Assembly (NCBI GenBank): GCA_963729895.1 | Contig: CAVSQB010000028.1 | Span: 128,001-192,000 of the forward strand | Length of the DNA stretch: 64,000 bases | Source: an uncultured Fibrobacterota bacterium | Lineage (GTDB): Bacteria > Fibrobacterota > Chitinivibrionia > Chitinivibrionales > FEN-1185 | Direction: 5' to 3' | Part shown: positions 21,232 through 30,910 of the stretch, piece after piece | Layout of the letters: each line of letters opens with the position of its first letter | Numbering within the stretch: the first letter of the stretch is position 1 | Notes under the pieces: model-generated | Databases searched by the model: none | Told to the model about the DNA's origin: nothing | The model's input: the letters and a program-made list of their open reading frames with translations, nothing else | Made by a program: the position numbers and the translations under genes

Positions 21232-22368
21232 TTACATCAGCCTTCGCGTTACGCCGTCCGCCACCATCATTCCCGATTCCGAGAGCGTCCAAAGCGGCTT
21301 TTGATATTGCATGAGCCCTCGTTGCTGCAAGTCATCCAGTATGTTTCTCCTTTTTGATGAGTAAAACGCCTCGTTCGCCGCGTGCGCAAACGTTTCTTCA
21401 TTCAGTCCGTCCGTTGTCCGCAATCGCAGGAATATCATCTCGGAAACAAGTTTCTCGCGGTCGATGGTTTCCTCAAAATCGACAGGCCGATTCCCGCTTG
21501 CCAGCAGAGAAATGTACTGTTTCACATCGCCGATATTCGCCCATCTGCGCGGTTGAAGATACGAATGCGCGGCCGGCCCGAGCCCGATGTACGGAGAATG
21601 GTCCCAGTATGACTCGTTGTGCCTGCAGTGGTGGCCTGGTCTTGCGAAATTGGAAATTTCATAACGTTCGAACCCCGCATTTCTTGATGTGCTGACAAGC
21701 GTCCGCGTCATGTCGTACACGGCATCTTCGTCCGGAAGGGGCAGGTCTTTTGCCCGGCCAAACGGGGAGTTCTTGCACAGTGTCAATTCGTAGGCGGACA
21801 GATGGCGAACGCCGGGCGCTGAAAGCGCGGCGTTGAGCGAATGACTGAATGACTCCGGCGTCTGGTTCGGAAGCCCATACATAAGGTCGAGGCCGATCGA
21901 TTTGAAACCTGAAAGGAAGGGTGAAGCGAGTAGTGCGAGCGCCTGCGCCGAGGAATGCGACCGGCCCAAGAACTCCAGCTCGTTGTCACACAGAGATTGC
22001 ACGCCGAAGGTCAGCCTCGTCGCGCCGAAGGAGCGCCACAGCGCAGATTTCTCTTCAGTAAACGAGTCCGGGTTGCACTCGATAGTCAATTCGTAATCAT
22101 CCGCTATGGTGAGACCTCCGATCAGACGCGCATTGATGCGTTCCCACTGTTGCAAAGAAAGGACCGACGGCGTACCGCCGCCGAAGAAGATGGTTTTGAC
22201 ACAGCTGTCTTCAAGCGCCAGGCCTTTCTTCACAAGAAGCCATTCCTTTTCAAGCGCGGTGATGAATGCGTCGGCGAGGGATGTATCGTACGGAACGGAA
22301 TAGAAGTCGCAATAGAGGCATTTCTTCTTTGCGCAGAACGGGACGTGGATGTAGAGGGAGATGTTCAT
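21232..22368 (-). CDS. hemW: Radical SAM heme chaperone HemW (HemN-like)
   Basis: LYIHVPFC..CLYCDF, FFGGGTPS, YEISNFA, HNESYW (HNxxYW). Confidence 0.9.
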   Translation of the reverse strand: MNISLYIHVPFCAKKKCLYCDFYSVPYDTSLADAFITALEKEWLLVKKGLALEDSCVKTIFFGGGTPSVLSLQQWERINARLIGGLTIADDYELTIECNPDSFTEEKSALWRSFGATRLTFGVQSLCDNELEFLGRSHSSAQALALLASPFLSGFKSIGLDLMYGLPNQTPESFSHSLNAALSAPGVRHLSAYELTLCKNSPFGRAKDLPLPDEDAVYDMTRTLVSTSRNAGFERYEISNFARPGHHCRHNESYWDHSPYIGLGPAAHSYLQPRRWANIGDVKQYISLLASGNRPVDFEETIDREKLVSEMIFLRLRTTDGLNEETFAHAANEAFYSSKRRNILDDLQQRGLMQYQKPLWTLSESGMMVADGVTRRLM

Positions 22369-22442
22369 TGCCAAAACAGCGGTTAAGGATTGGGAAGTCT
22401 AATTGAAAAATAGATGAAAAACGTGAGAAGATGACGGCCGCT

Positions 22443-22578
22443 AATACGATTCTGGTTTGCTGAGCCGGTGTGGCAAATTCTGGATACGAATATGATTCTG
22501 GATTGCTGAGCGTGTGCAGCGAGGCACCTTCAGGGGCGAGACCGAAACGCCTGCTGCGCGCACACTAGAAACACCCGG
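22443..22578 (+). repeat. Structured repeat family 2: partial copy 22443-22474 plus full copy 22489-22578
   Basis: AATAYGATTCTGGWTTGCTGAGC occurs twice. The full copy matches 32132-32220. Confidence 0.8.
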
Positions 22579-22675
22579 TTAACAAAATCCAAGACCAAAT
22601 ACAGGGCCTCTGGTCTTCCAGCCGCAGCTGTGCCACTGAGGGAAAAACCTACAATACCTTTGCGTTTTTGTTTCT

Positions 22676-22814
22676 TGCGTTAGGCACGACCGCAAGGTGT
22701 GCAGAAGCACAGTGCCGGTCGGCCCCGCCGAAGGCATAGGGGCGATCCGGCACCGAGGCTGAAAAGCCGAGCCAGGAGGGAGGGCCGACCCGAGCGAAGC
22801 GAGGGAACGCCCAA
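22676..22814 (+). repeat. Interspersed repeat family 1 (TGCGTTAGGCA...GGAGGGCC...GAACGCCCAA)
   Basis: Same termini as 59635-59804 and, reversed, 42844-42926. Confidence 0.8.
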
Positions 22815-22892
22815 AACCACTGTCAACTTTCAAGAAAAGCCGGATTCCCTCTGCCGAATTTCTTTATGAGAAAAGAGGAAAAGAAGCAGCAA

Positions 22893-25265
22893 TCAGCCGC
22901 ACTTCGAATACCCGCATGTCTTGCACACTGCGCAGCCTTCTTCGTGCACCAGAATGGTGCCGCACTGCGGGCACTGCGGGCAAAAACCCATGTCCAGGCC
23001 GGTGTACTGGATTTTGGTGACGGTGCCGGTGTCATGTGTGCCCTCAAAATCCGCTATGCCCTGTTCCAGAACATGGCCGATTGCGTCTGCGCACGACAGG
23101 ATCATTTCGCCGTCCATCCACGTGGGAATGGGACAGCGTATGCCGCGCAACTGCTCCGCAATTGATTTCGGATCCACGCCCGCCCGAAGCGACAGCGATA
23201 TGAGGCGGGAAACGGCTTCGGAGTTGGATGCGGGACAGCCGCCTGATTTTCCCATCTGCGTGAATATCTCGCACAGGCCAACGCTGTCCGCGTTGACATT
23301 GACATACAGGTTACCGCAGCCCGTTTTTGTCTTGTAGGTGCGGCCGTGCGTGACGGCCGGCCGGGGCCTTGGATGAATGGAACCGGGCGCTGCGACGTTG
23401 ATGTCGACCTGGGTGGCGCCTTTCTTTGCGGAGGTCCCCGACGTGATCACCTGGTTCTTCCTCGTGCCGTCGCGGTATACGGTGACGCCCTTGCATCCGA
23501 GTTCGTAGGCGTACAAAAAGACCTCCTCGACGTCCTTTGCCGTTGCCTCGTTCTTGAAGTTGACGGTCTTCGACACCGCGTTGTCGGTGTATTTCTGGAA
23601 CGCAGCCTGGATGCTGATGTGCCACCGCGGCTCGATATCGTGCGCGGTAACAAAAACATCGCGTATGCGTTTTGGAATTCCGTAAATCTTGTGCAGACTG
23701 CCCGAGAAGGCCACCATTTTCATCAGCTCGTCGGAATAGAAGCCTTCTTCCTGTGCAACGCGCTTGAATTCGGGATGCACTTCAAGCAGGTGCTGGCCGT
23801 CGAGCACATTTTTCTCGTAGACAATTGCAAACAGGGGTTCGATGCCGCTCGACGCGCCGGCGATCATGCTGATGGTGCCTGTGGGTGCGATCGTGGTTAC
23901 CGTGGCGTTGCGCACTTTGAGGCCGCCTTCCCTGTCGTACACGGAACCCTTGAAGTTTGGGAACACGCCGCGTTCCTGCGCGAGAAACGCGCTCACGCGC
24001 TTCGCTTCCTCGTGGATGAATTTCATCACCTGCTCCGCGACGTTTGCCGCCGCGGGAGAATTGTACTGGATGCCGAGGTCGATGAGCAGGTCGGCAAACC
24101 CCATCACGCCCAGCCCGATCTTCCGGTTGCCTTTTGTCATCTTTTCAATCTGCGGCAGGGGGTAGGAATTCACTTCGATCACGTTGTCGAGGAACCGCAC
24201 CGCGGTGCGGATCGTGTTTCCCAACTTGAGGTAGTTGATTTCCTTCTTGCCGTCGGTTTCCGCAATCATGTGCGCGAGATTGACGGACCCGAGATTGCAC
24301 GATTCGTAGGGGAGCAGCGGCTGCTCGCCGCACGGGTTGGTGCTTTCGATCTCGCCCAGGTGCGGCGTCGGGTTGTCGGCATTGATCTTGTCAAGAAATA
24401 CGATCCCCGGTTCGCCGTTTTTCCAGGAGAGCTCCACAATGCGCTTGAACACCGTGGATGCCTTTAGTTTGCCCACCGGCTCGCCCGAGCGCGGGTTCTT
24501 GAGGTCGTATTCGGTGTCGCGTTTGAGCGCTTCCATGAAATCCTTGGTGATTCCTACCGAGATGTTGAAGTTGGAAAGCACGCCGTCGTGCTCCTTTATC
24601 TCGATAAAATCCATGATCTCCGGATGGGTGCAGTTGAGGATACCCATGTTCGCCCCGCGACGCGTTCCGCCCTGCTTTACCGTTTCGGTGGCGATGTCGA
24701 ACACCCGCATGAACGAAAGCGGTCCGCTCGACACTCCCTTGGTGGATTTCACCATGTCGTTTTTGGGTCGGATGTGCGAGAAGGAGAACCCCGTGCCGCC
24801 GCCGCTCTTGTGGATGAGGGCGGTATTCTTGACGGATTCGAAAATTTCCTCCATGGAGTCGCCCACGGGCAGCACGAAGCAAGCGGAGAGCTGCTGCAAT
24901 TCGCGGCCGGCGTTCATGAGGGTGGGCGAGTTGGGAAGGAAATCGAGGTCGGTCATGACGTTGTAAAACTTCTCGGTCCAGATGTCCATGGATGCATCCG
25001 AAGCGAATTTCCTCTCCGCGCTTGCGATGTTTTCCGCGATGCGGAAAAACATTTCCTCCGGCTGTTCGATGACAAGGCCGTTGTCGTCCTTTCTCAAGTA
25101 CCGTTTTTCGAGCACCACCCGTGCGTTGTCGGACAGCTTGACTCTTTTCTTCATGAGCCGGTCTCTCAGTGACTCGCTTTTGTCTTCAGGTTCAGGCGCG
25201 CTGGGACGAACCACCGCCGACTTCACGGTCTTGTTTGCAGTTCCGAATGATGCTTCTGTCGACAT
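22893..25265 (-). CDS. nrdJ: Class II (adenosylcobalamin-dependent) ribonucleotide reductase
   Basis: PNSPTLMNAG, LSACFV, GGTRRGANM, TNPCGEQPL, TIAPTGTIS, TSCPD-like and Zn-ribbon C-terminus. No beta subunit gene nearby. Confidence 0.93.
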   Translation of the reverse strand: MSTEASFGTANKTVKSAVVRPSAPEPEDKSESLRDRLMKKRVKLSDNARVVLEKRYLRKDDNGLVIEQPEEMFFRIAENIASAERKFASDASMDIWTEKFYNVMTDLDFLPNSPTLMNAGRELQQLSACFVLPVGDSMEEIFESVKNTALIHKSGGGTGFSFSHIRPKNDMVKSTKGVSSGPLSFMRVFDIATETVKQGGTRRGANMGILNCTHPEIMDFIEIKEHDGVLSNFNISVGITKDFMEALKRDTEYDLKNPRSGEPVGKLKASTVFKRIVELSWKNGEPGIVFLDKINADNPTPHLGEIESTNPCGEQPLLPYESCNLGSVNLAHMIAETDGKKEINYLKLGNTIRTAVRFLDNVIEVNSYPLPQIEKMTKGNRKIGLGVMGFADLLIDLGIQYNSPAAANVAEQVMKFIHEEAKRVSAFLAQERGVFPNFKGSVYDREGGLKVRNATVTTIAPTGTISMIAGASSGIEPLFAIVYEKNVLDGQHLLEVHPEFKRVAQEEGFYSDELMKMVAFSGSLHKIYGIPKRIRDVFVTAHDIEPRWHISIQAAFQKYTDNAVSKTVNFKNEATAKDVEEVFLYAYELGCKGVTVYRDGTRKNQVITSGTSAKKGATQVDINVAAPGSIHPRPRPAVTHGRTYKTKTGCGNLYVNVNADSVGLCEIFTQMGKSGGCPASNSEAVSRLISLSLRAGVDPKSIAEQLRGIRCPIPTWMDGEMILSCADAIGHVLEQGIADFEGTHDTGTVTKIQYTGLDMGFCPQCPQCGTILVHEEGCAVCKTCGYSKCG

Positions 25266-25369
25266 TTTTACTTACTCCTTCTGAAGGGAAATCCAGGGTG
25301 CACAATATAACGACGTGCTCTGCCGCGCCTGGTTCCCTATACTACGATTTTACGAGGGGCGTGTTTCTA

Positions 25370-25398
25370 AAAATATTAATAGAGCCGGTGTGGGTCAA
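25370..25398 (-). promoter_or_regulatory. Putative nrdJ promoter
   Basis: Minus strand TTGACC-17 bp-TATTTT. Confidence 0.6.
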
Positions 25399-25416
25399 GG
25401 CCAAAACAGCCAGACA

Positions 25417-25463
25417 ACACAATATATGGTATAGACTTTGCTAAGCCCAAGCACATGTTGTGT
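25417..25463. promoter_or_regulatory. Tandem NrdR boxes
   Basis: ACACAATATATGGTAT (25417-25432) and a weaker box at 25448-25463 (rc ACACAACATGTGCTTG), 31 bp apart, upstream of the RNR gene. Confidence 0.75.
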
Positions 25464-25505
25464 TGTTTTACTCCGCCTTTCCGTGAAAGGCACACCCAAG
25501 GGAAG

Positions 25506-25682
25506 TTATTAATCCGGTCATTATAGTGGTGACAATTTTACTCTTCAAAAACGCTTGCCGAGTACCGCTCCGCCTCGATACGCCCAAAGGGCCACGGGGC
25601 GAGCGGTGCATCGAGGCAAGCGCCAAGGGAAAATAAGGCAACCAAAAACCAAGGCTAACCTATTTAATGACCGGATTAATAA
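25506..25682. mobile_element. MITE-like element with perfect 18-bp terminal inverted repeats
   Basis: TTATTAATCCGGTCATTA ... TAATGACCGGATTAATAA, 177 bp, no ORF. Confidence 0.75.
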
Positions 25683-25743
25683 TTCGCTGCGTACCCAATA
25701 GTGTATTTTAATTCATCATCAATCAACAAAAGGAGCGCCCTGC

Positions 25744-26842
25744 ATGGCCGAGAAACTGGAAAAGAATCATCTGGCTGAACTTGCGGAACGTGTCGATAAC
25801 CTGCGGAGGTATCTTTGACGTCGATGAGAAGAGGAAATCGCTTGCCGAAAGCGAACTCGACACCGCAAAGGAAGGGTTCTGGAACGATAACGAAAAAGCC
25901 CAGGTAACGCTTAAGAAAATAAAAGCCCTCAAAGACGTCATCACGCTGTGGGACAAAACGAAAAAAGACAGCGATGACATCCAAGAACTATTCACTCTTT
26001 CCAAAGACGACAACGACCCTGCCGTCGCGGCCGAACTCGCAGAGCATGCCGGCGCTCTCGAAAAGGAAGTGGCGCATCTCGAGTTTGTGCGCAAGCTTTC
26101 CGGCGAAGACGACAACAAGCCGGCCATTCTCACGGTGCACAGCGGCGCCGGGGGCACCGAGAGCTGCGATTGGTGCGACATGCTGTTCCGCATGTACTGC
26201 CGATGGATGGAAAGAAAAGGTTTTTCGTATTCCGTGCTCGACAGCCAGCCCGGCGAAGGCGCGGGCCTCAAGAGCGTGACCGCGGAGGTGCAGGGCGAGT
26301 ACGTATTCGGCCATCTCAAGGCCGAGTGCGGGGTGCACCGGCTTGTGCGCATTTCACCCTTTGATGCAAACGCGCGTCGCCACACCTCCTTCGCCTCGGT
26401 ATACTCGTACCCGATGATCGAAAATGCCGACGAATTTGAGCTTGACGAAAAAGATATCCGCATCGACACCTACCGCGCCAGCGGTGCGGGCGGCCAGCAC
26501 GTCAACAAAACCGACTCGGCGGTGCGTATGACGCATATCCCCACCAATATCGTGGTGGCGTGCCAGAACGAGCGCTCCCAGCTCAAGAACCGCGACGTTG
26601 CCATGAAGGTCCTCAAATCGCGGGTGAAACAATTCTACAAGGAACAGGATGAGAAGAAGCGCACCGACAAGCTTGCGGTAAAGAAGAAAATCGAATGGGG
26701 GAGCCAAATACGGTCGTATGTCCTTCATCCGTACAATCTGGTGAAGGACCACAGGACCGAGGTCGAGACGTCGAATGCGCTGGGTGTACTTGACGGGGAT
26801 ATCGACATGTTTATTGAAGCCTATTTGTTGAATTTCCAATAG
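25744..26842 (+). CDS. prfB: Peptide chain release factor 2 with programmed +1 frameshift
   Basis: ATG 25744, GGAGGT-AT-CTT-TGA-C at 25805-25819, then +1 frame with SPF and GGQ motifs. Confidence 0.97.
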
Positions 26843-26860
26843 GTCAATGTATGATTAACA

Positions 26861-27075
26861 TGGGCGTTCCCCCGGTCCGTAGGGGCAGGTTTCAAACCTG
26901 CCCCTACGGACCGGGCTTGGCCTGTCGGCCTCGGTGCCGGATCGCCCTATGCCGCTGTGTCTCGATATACCGCTCCCCGAGTGTCCCGCAGGGATTTATC
27001 GAGGGGAGCGGCACTCGACAATCAGCGGCGGGCCGGGTCGACCTGCACTGCGCTTCAGCACCACTACCGCACCCT
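26861..27075 (-). repeat. Composite repeat: family 1 copy carrying a GTAG-type REP hairpin (26871-26915) and a family 4 unit (26958-27019)
   Basis: TGGGCGTTCCC end and GCCTCGGTGCCGGATCGCCC shared with rc of 22676-22814. Contains a perfect 22-bp-arm palindrome. Confidence 0.75.
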
Positions 27076-27177
27076 TACAAAATTATTATGAGAAGCTCCC
27101 GACGCAGTTGGAGCGAAGGCCGGGTGTGAACGAGGCTCGCCAAATTCCGTAAAGTGAAAACAAGGGAGGAGGGCAAT

Positions 27178-27936
27178 ATGCCCGCATCACGCAGAGAAAT
27201 CGTGAATTACCTCAACAATCTCCTCGAAATCGACAAAATCAAGGACTCCTCCTGCAACGGCCTTCAGGTGCAGGGCGAAAAAACAATTAGGCGGGTGGGC
27301 CTGGCGGTTGACGCGTGCATGGCGGTTTACAGGAAGGCGGCTGCACAGAGATGCCAGATGGTGATCGTGCATCATGGCTTGATTTGGAACGGACTCACGA
27401 GCATAACCGGCGCGCCCTACCAACAGGTGAGGTACCTGATCAGCCGCGGTCTCAACCTGTACGCCGCGCATCTCCCCCTCGACATACATCCCGAAGTGGG
27501 GAACAACATCATTCTTGCAAAGGCCTTGGAGCTATCTTCCATCAAAGCATTCGGCAACTACCGGGGCTTGCTCATCGGTTGCCAAGGCGTTTTGCCTTCG
27601 GCAACCTCGCCCGATGACCTGGGCCGCGCGTGCGGAAGAATTCTGGGTGGCGGATTCTCAACCCTTCCGTTCGGGAAGAAAAAATGCAGGACGCTCGCGA
27701 TTGTATCCGGCGGCGGGTCGGATGCCATTCCCGAGGCGATTGACAAAGCGATAGACTGCTTCATCACGGGAGAGCCTTCTCACTGGAACCACCATGCCGC
27801 TCTTGAAGCCGGCCTCAATGTGATCTATCTCGGCCATTACCACTCGGAGACGCCCGGCGTCAGAGCGGTTGGGAAAAAGTTGGAAAAGGAGTTTGACGTG
27901 GAGACCGTTTTTGTCAACGAGCCGACATTGGTTTGA
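27178..27936 (+). CDS. Nif3-like dinuclear metal center hexameric protein
   Basis: NGLQVQG, VHHG, HLPLDIHPEVGNN, GHYHSE. Confidence 0.93.
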   Translation: MPASRREIVNYLNNLLEIDKIKDSSCNGLQVQGEKTIRRVGLAVDACMAVYRKAAAQRCQMVIVHHGLIWNGLTSITGAPYQQVRYLISRGLNLYAAHLPLDIHPEVGNNIILAKALELSSIKAFGNYRGLLIGCQGVLPSATSPDDLGRACGRILGGGFSTLPFGKKKCRTLAIVSGGGSDAIPEAIDKAIDCFITGEPSHWNHHAALEAGLNVIYLGHYHSETPGVRAVGKKLEKEFDVETVFVNEPTLV

Positions 27937-28155
27937 AAGCGCTCTGTTGACACGCCGCCAAAGCCCCGTCGACGCACCAAGCAAAAGTCAAGAATCATTC
28001 AGGATCCTCGTAATCCTGGCATTTGTTTGATATTAAGTGTATTTTTTCTCCATGGTAATTCGCATCGAAACGTCCTCGTTTGAGGCGACGTCCTGCATGC
28101 CGCCGTTTCCAATGCCGATCCCAGTAATTTCGGGAGATACTATCCGGAGAGATCT

Positions 28156-29976
28156 ATGATCCGACGCCGTTTTTTCGTTCTTTCGTGCGCCGTTGCCTTG
28201 CTGTGGTGTGCAAGCGCCCGTGCAGCGGTCGACGATCCCCAAGTGGTTTTCAAAAAAGCCACCGAGTACTACAAGCAGTCGCGATTCGATTCGTGCTCGG
28301 CAATCATCAGGGCTTTTCTCAAGATCCGCGGTAACGACAATGCGGCCGAATATCTGGTGCCGCTGCTCATCGAATCGAGTATCCGCGAAAAGGACTATGC
28401 CCTGGGCGGACGGCTGTTCCAGATCTACCTCAAGAAATTTCCCACGTCCGCATTCATGCCGCGCTTGTGGTACCTCGACGGCATATTTCTTACCAAAAGC
28501 GAAAATTACAGTGCTGCGCTCGCGGCCTTTTCCAACGCGCTGTCGGGCGGCGTGAGCGCCGGGCTCGACACGCTCACGCTTGACAATGTGCAGAAGATCT
28601 GCGAGAATGTCCTTACCGCCGATGAAATCGAGGCGCTCCTGCCGCGCCCCGACCTGCACCCGCGTATCGTCGAGGCGCTCGCCTACTACGAGATTGTAAA
28701 ACTGTACGACGGCGGCCAACTTGTACGCGCAAAGGAAAAGGCGGAGCAGTATCTGAAGACCTACGACCGCGCTCCGCACACCGCATCTGTAAAGGAATAC
28801 GACGCCAAGGCCCAAGACCAGCAGCGCGGGATGGTGCAAATCGGAATGTTGGCGCCGCTGTCCGGAGACGAATCCGACATCGGCAGGCAGATTGTGCAGG
28901 GCGCCCAGATTGCCTTCGACCAGTATACAGCCGCGTCGGGCACGAAACTCAAGCTGGTGATGTGCGACACCCGCGGCAGCATGATCGAAACCGCAAAGAA
29001 GACAAAGGAACTCCTGTACGAGCACCGCGTGCCCATCGTCCTTGGCCCCGTGCTCAGCCAGAACGCCGTAGTGGCGGCCTCCATTCTTATGGAGAAAGAC
29101 GCAGTAATGCTGTCGCCCACGGCGAACGACGACGGCATTGCCGGGCTGGGGTCCAATATTTTCCAGATGAACGTGACGCTCGGCACCCTGGGCGCCAAGA
29201 TCGCCCGCTATGCCATGGACAACCTTAACATACGTGATTTTGCCATTATCGCGCCCGCAACCGATTACGCGGCCGCGCTGTCCAGCGGGTTCCGGCAGGA
29301 GGTCGAAAAGAGCGGCCGCGAGATGGTTTCGGAAGAAACCTACGAAGAGGGAACAAAGGATTTCAAGGTGCAGTTCGACAACCTGAAAACCAAGCTTATC
29401 ATGCGAAAGCAGCAACGCACGCCCGTCGAGAAGAGCCTTGCCGGAGACGCGATGCCCTCGCCCAAGACCGACCCCAAACTCGCGGCTGCTGCGGATTCGG
29501 GCTACGAGATCGGCGGGATTTTTCTACCCGCCGAGTCGGAAGACGTGGTGATGCTGGCGCCGCAGGTCGCGTATCACCGCATGAAAACGCAGTTGCTCGG
29601 GTCCACCGGCTGGCACAATCCAAAGACGATTGTTGACGGAAAAGAATACGTGAACAACGCGCTGTTCTCGTCGAATCTCCCGGCGGGCCCGGGCGAAAGC
29701 AAGGAGTGGCTGGCGTTTAAGGCCCTGTACCGGGCACGGTTCGGCGCCGACCCGGATCGCGTGGCAGCGCTCGGTTTTGATGGGGCATCGCTTATCGCCG
29801 CGGCGCTCCGGCAGGCGGGGGCGTCGGCGTCCGCGCAGCAGATTTCCCAGGCGCTCGCATCAATCAAGAACTACAAAGGGGCGTCCGGTCCTATTTCGTT
29901 CGACCCGGCGCAGCGGATCAATACCGAGGCTTCTATCATCAAGATACGGGACAAGCAATTTATCCGGGTTCAGTGA
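28156..29976 (+). CDS. Exported TPR + type I periplasmic-binding fold protein (LppC/LpoA-like)
   Basis: Signal peptide, helical repeats, IGMLAPLSG, VLGPVLS, AALGFDG, YKGASG.ISFD. Confidence 0.75.
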   Translation: MIRRRFFVLSCAVALLWCASARAAVDDPQVVFKKATEYYKQSRFDSCSAIIRAFLKIRGNDNAAEYLVPLLIESSIREKDYALGGRLFQIYLKKFPTSAFMPRLWYLDGIFLTKSENYSAALAAFSNALSGGVSAGLDTLTLDNVQKICENVLTADEIEALLPRPDLHPRIVEALAYYEIVKLYDGGQLVRAKEKAEQYLKTYDRAPHTASVKEYDAKAQDQQRGMVQIGMLAPLSGDESDIGRQIVQGAQIAFDQYTAASGTKLKLVMCDTRGSMIETAKKTKELLYEHRVPIVLGPVLSQNAVVAASILMEKDAVMLSPTANDDGIAGLGSNIFQMNVTLGTLGAKIARYAMDNLNIRDFAIIAPATDYAAALSSGFRQEVEKSGREMVSEETYEEGTKDFKVQFDNLKTKLIMRKQQRTPVEKSLAGDAMPSPKTDPKLAAAADSGYEIGGIFLPAESEDVVMLAPQVAYHRMKTQLLGSTGWHNPKTIVDGKEYVNNALFSSNLPAGPGESKEWLAFKALYRARFGADPDRVAALGFDGASLIAAALRQAGASASAQQISQALASIKNYKGASGPISFDPAQRINTEASIIKIRDKQFIRVQ

Positions 29977-30046
29977 CAAGAAGAAAATAATTCCTCATTC
30001 CCGATTTTGGGCCGGCGGCGCCCGCCGTTCGCCGCAAGAAGCACTC

Positions 30047-30910
30047 ATGAATCTCTTCTATTTCATCAAGGAAGCTTTCCGCGGCTTCTACCAGGCAAAG
30101 CTCATGACCTTTGTCTCGGTGGCGACCATCGGACTCACCCTCTTCTTTCTGGGTTGCATGGCGGTCGGGTACGTGAATATCCGGCAGGGGCTCAAGGCGG
30201 TGAGCGAGAGCGTCGCAGCGGTTGTGTATGTGAAGGACAACGTGGCCGCGGACGCCGCGAAGCTTGCCGGCCTCGTTGAGCACGTGAAGGCCTGCCCGCA
30301 GGTCGCATCGGTTCATGTGGTTGACAAGAAAGAGGCATGGGACCGGTTCAAGGCGCAGAACGACAGCGCAATGCTCCAGGCCGTTGACGAAAATCCGTTC
30401 CCGGTGTCGCTCGAGCTCACGCTGTGGAGCCAGTCGCAGTCGGTATCCGCCACCGAAGCGCTATCCCGGGAGCTTTCCCAGCTCGACGGCGTCGAGGAGG
30501 TCCAGATGTCGAGGCAGGAGGTACAGAAGCTCGAACGATACAGGACCCTGTTTCTCATCGGGACCATCATCTTCTGCCTGGTGCTGGTGGTCGCGCCCAC
30601 CATCATGATCTCCAACACCATCAAACTCACGATTTACGCACGGCGGGAGCTTATCCGCAACATGCATTTTGTAGGCGCCACAACCGGATACATCAGGGCC
30701 CCGTTCATCCTCGAAGGCATGCTGCAGGGCATCATTGGCGGGTGTCTCGGCTCCATCGCGCTCCTTCTTGTGAAGGCATCGCTTTCGCATTTCGTCCTCG
30801 CGTGGGGGCCCTGGCCCTGGTACGTGGTGGTCACACTTTTTGCCGCGATAGGAGCGTTGTTCGGGTGTACAGGAAGCATGAGCGCGGTTCGCAGATTCCT
30901 CGTCTCCTGA
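30047..30910 (+). CDS. ftsX: Cell division permease FtsX
   Basis: ENPFP, ISNTIKLTIYARR, M..VGAT..YIR.PF.LEG. Confidence 0.93.
   Translation: MNLFYFIKEAFRGFYQAKLMTFVSVATIGLTLFFLGCMAVGYVNIRQGLKAVSESVAAVVYVKDNVAADAAKLAGLVEHVKACPQVASVHVVDKKEAWDRFKAQNDSAMLQAVDENPFPVSLELTLWSQSQSVSATEALSRELSQLDGVEEVQMSRQEVQKLERYRTLFLIGTIIFCLVLVVAPTIMISNTIKLTIYARRELIRNMHFVGATTGYIRAPFILEGMLQGIIGGCLGSIALLLVKASLSHFVLAWGPWPWYVVVTLFAAIGALFGCTGSMSAVRRFLVS

Noticed and set aside
22489..22578. Hammerhead ribozyme in repeat family 2
   Set aside because: CTGAGCG does not fit CTGANGA, and GAAA is not conserved in the other copies.
22615..22650. GCCACTG...GGGAA resembling part of a cobalamin riboswitch
   Set aside because: Other conserved blocks are missing and it is not upstream of a same-strand gene.
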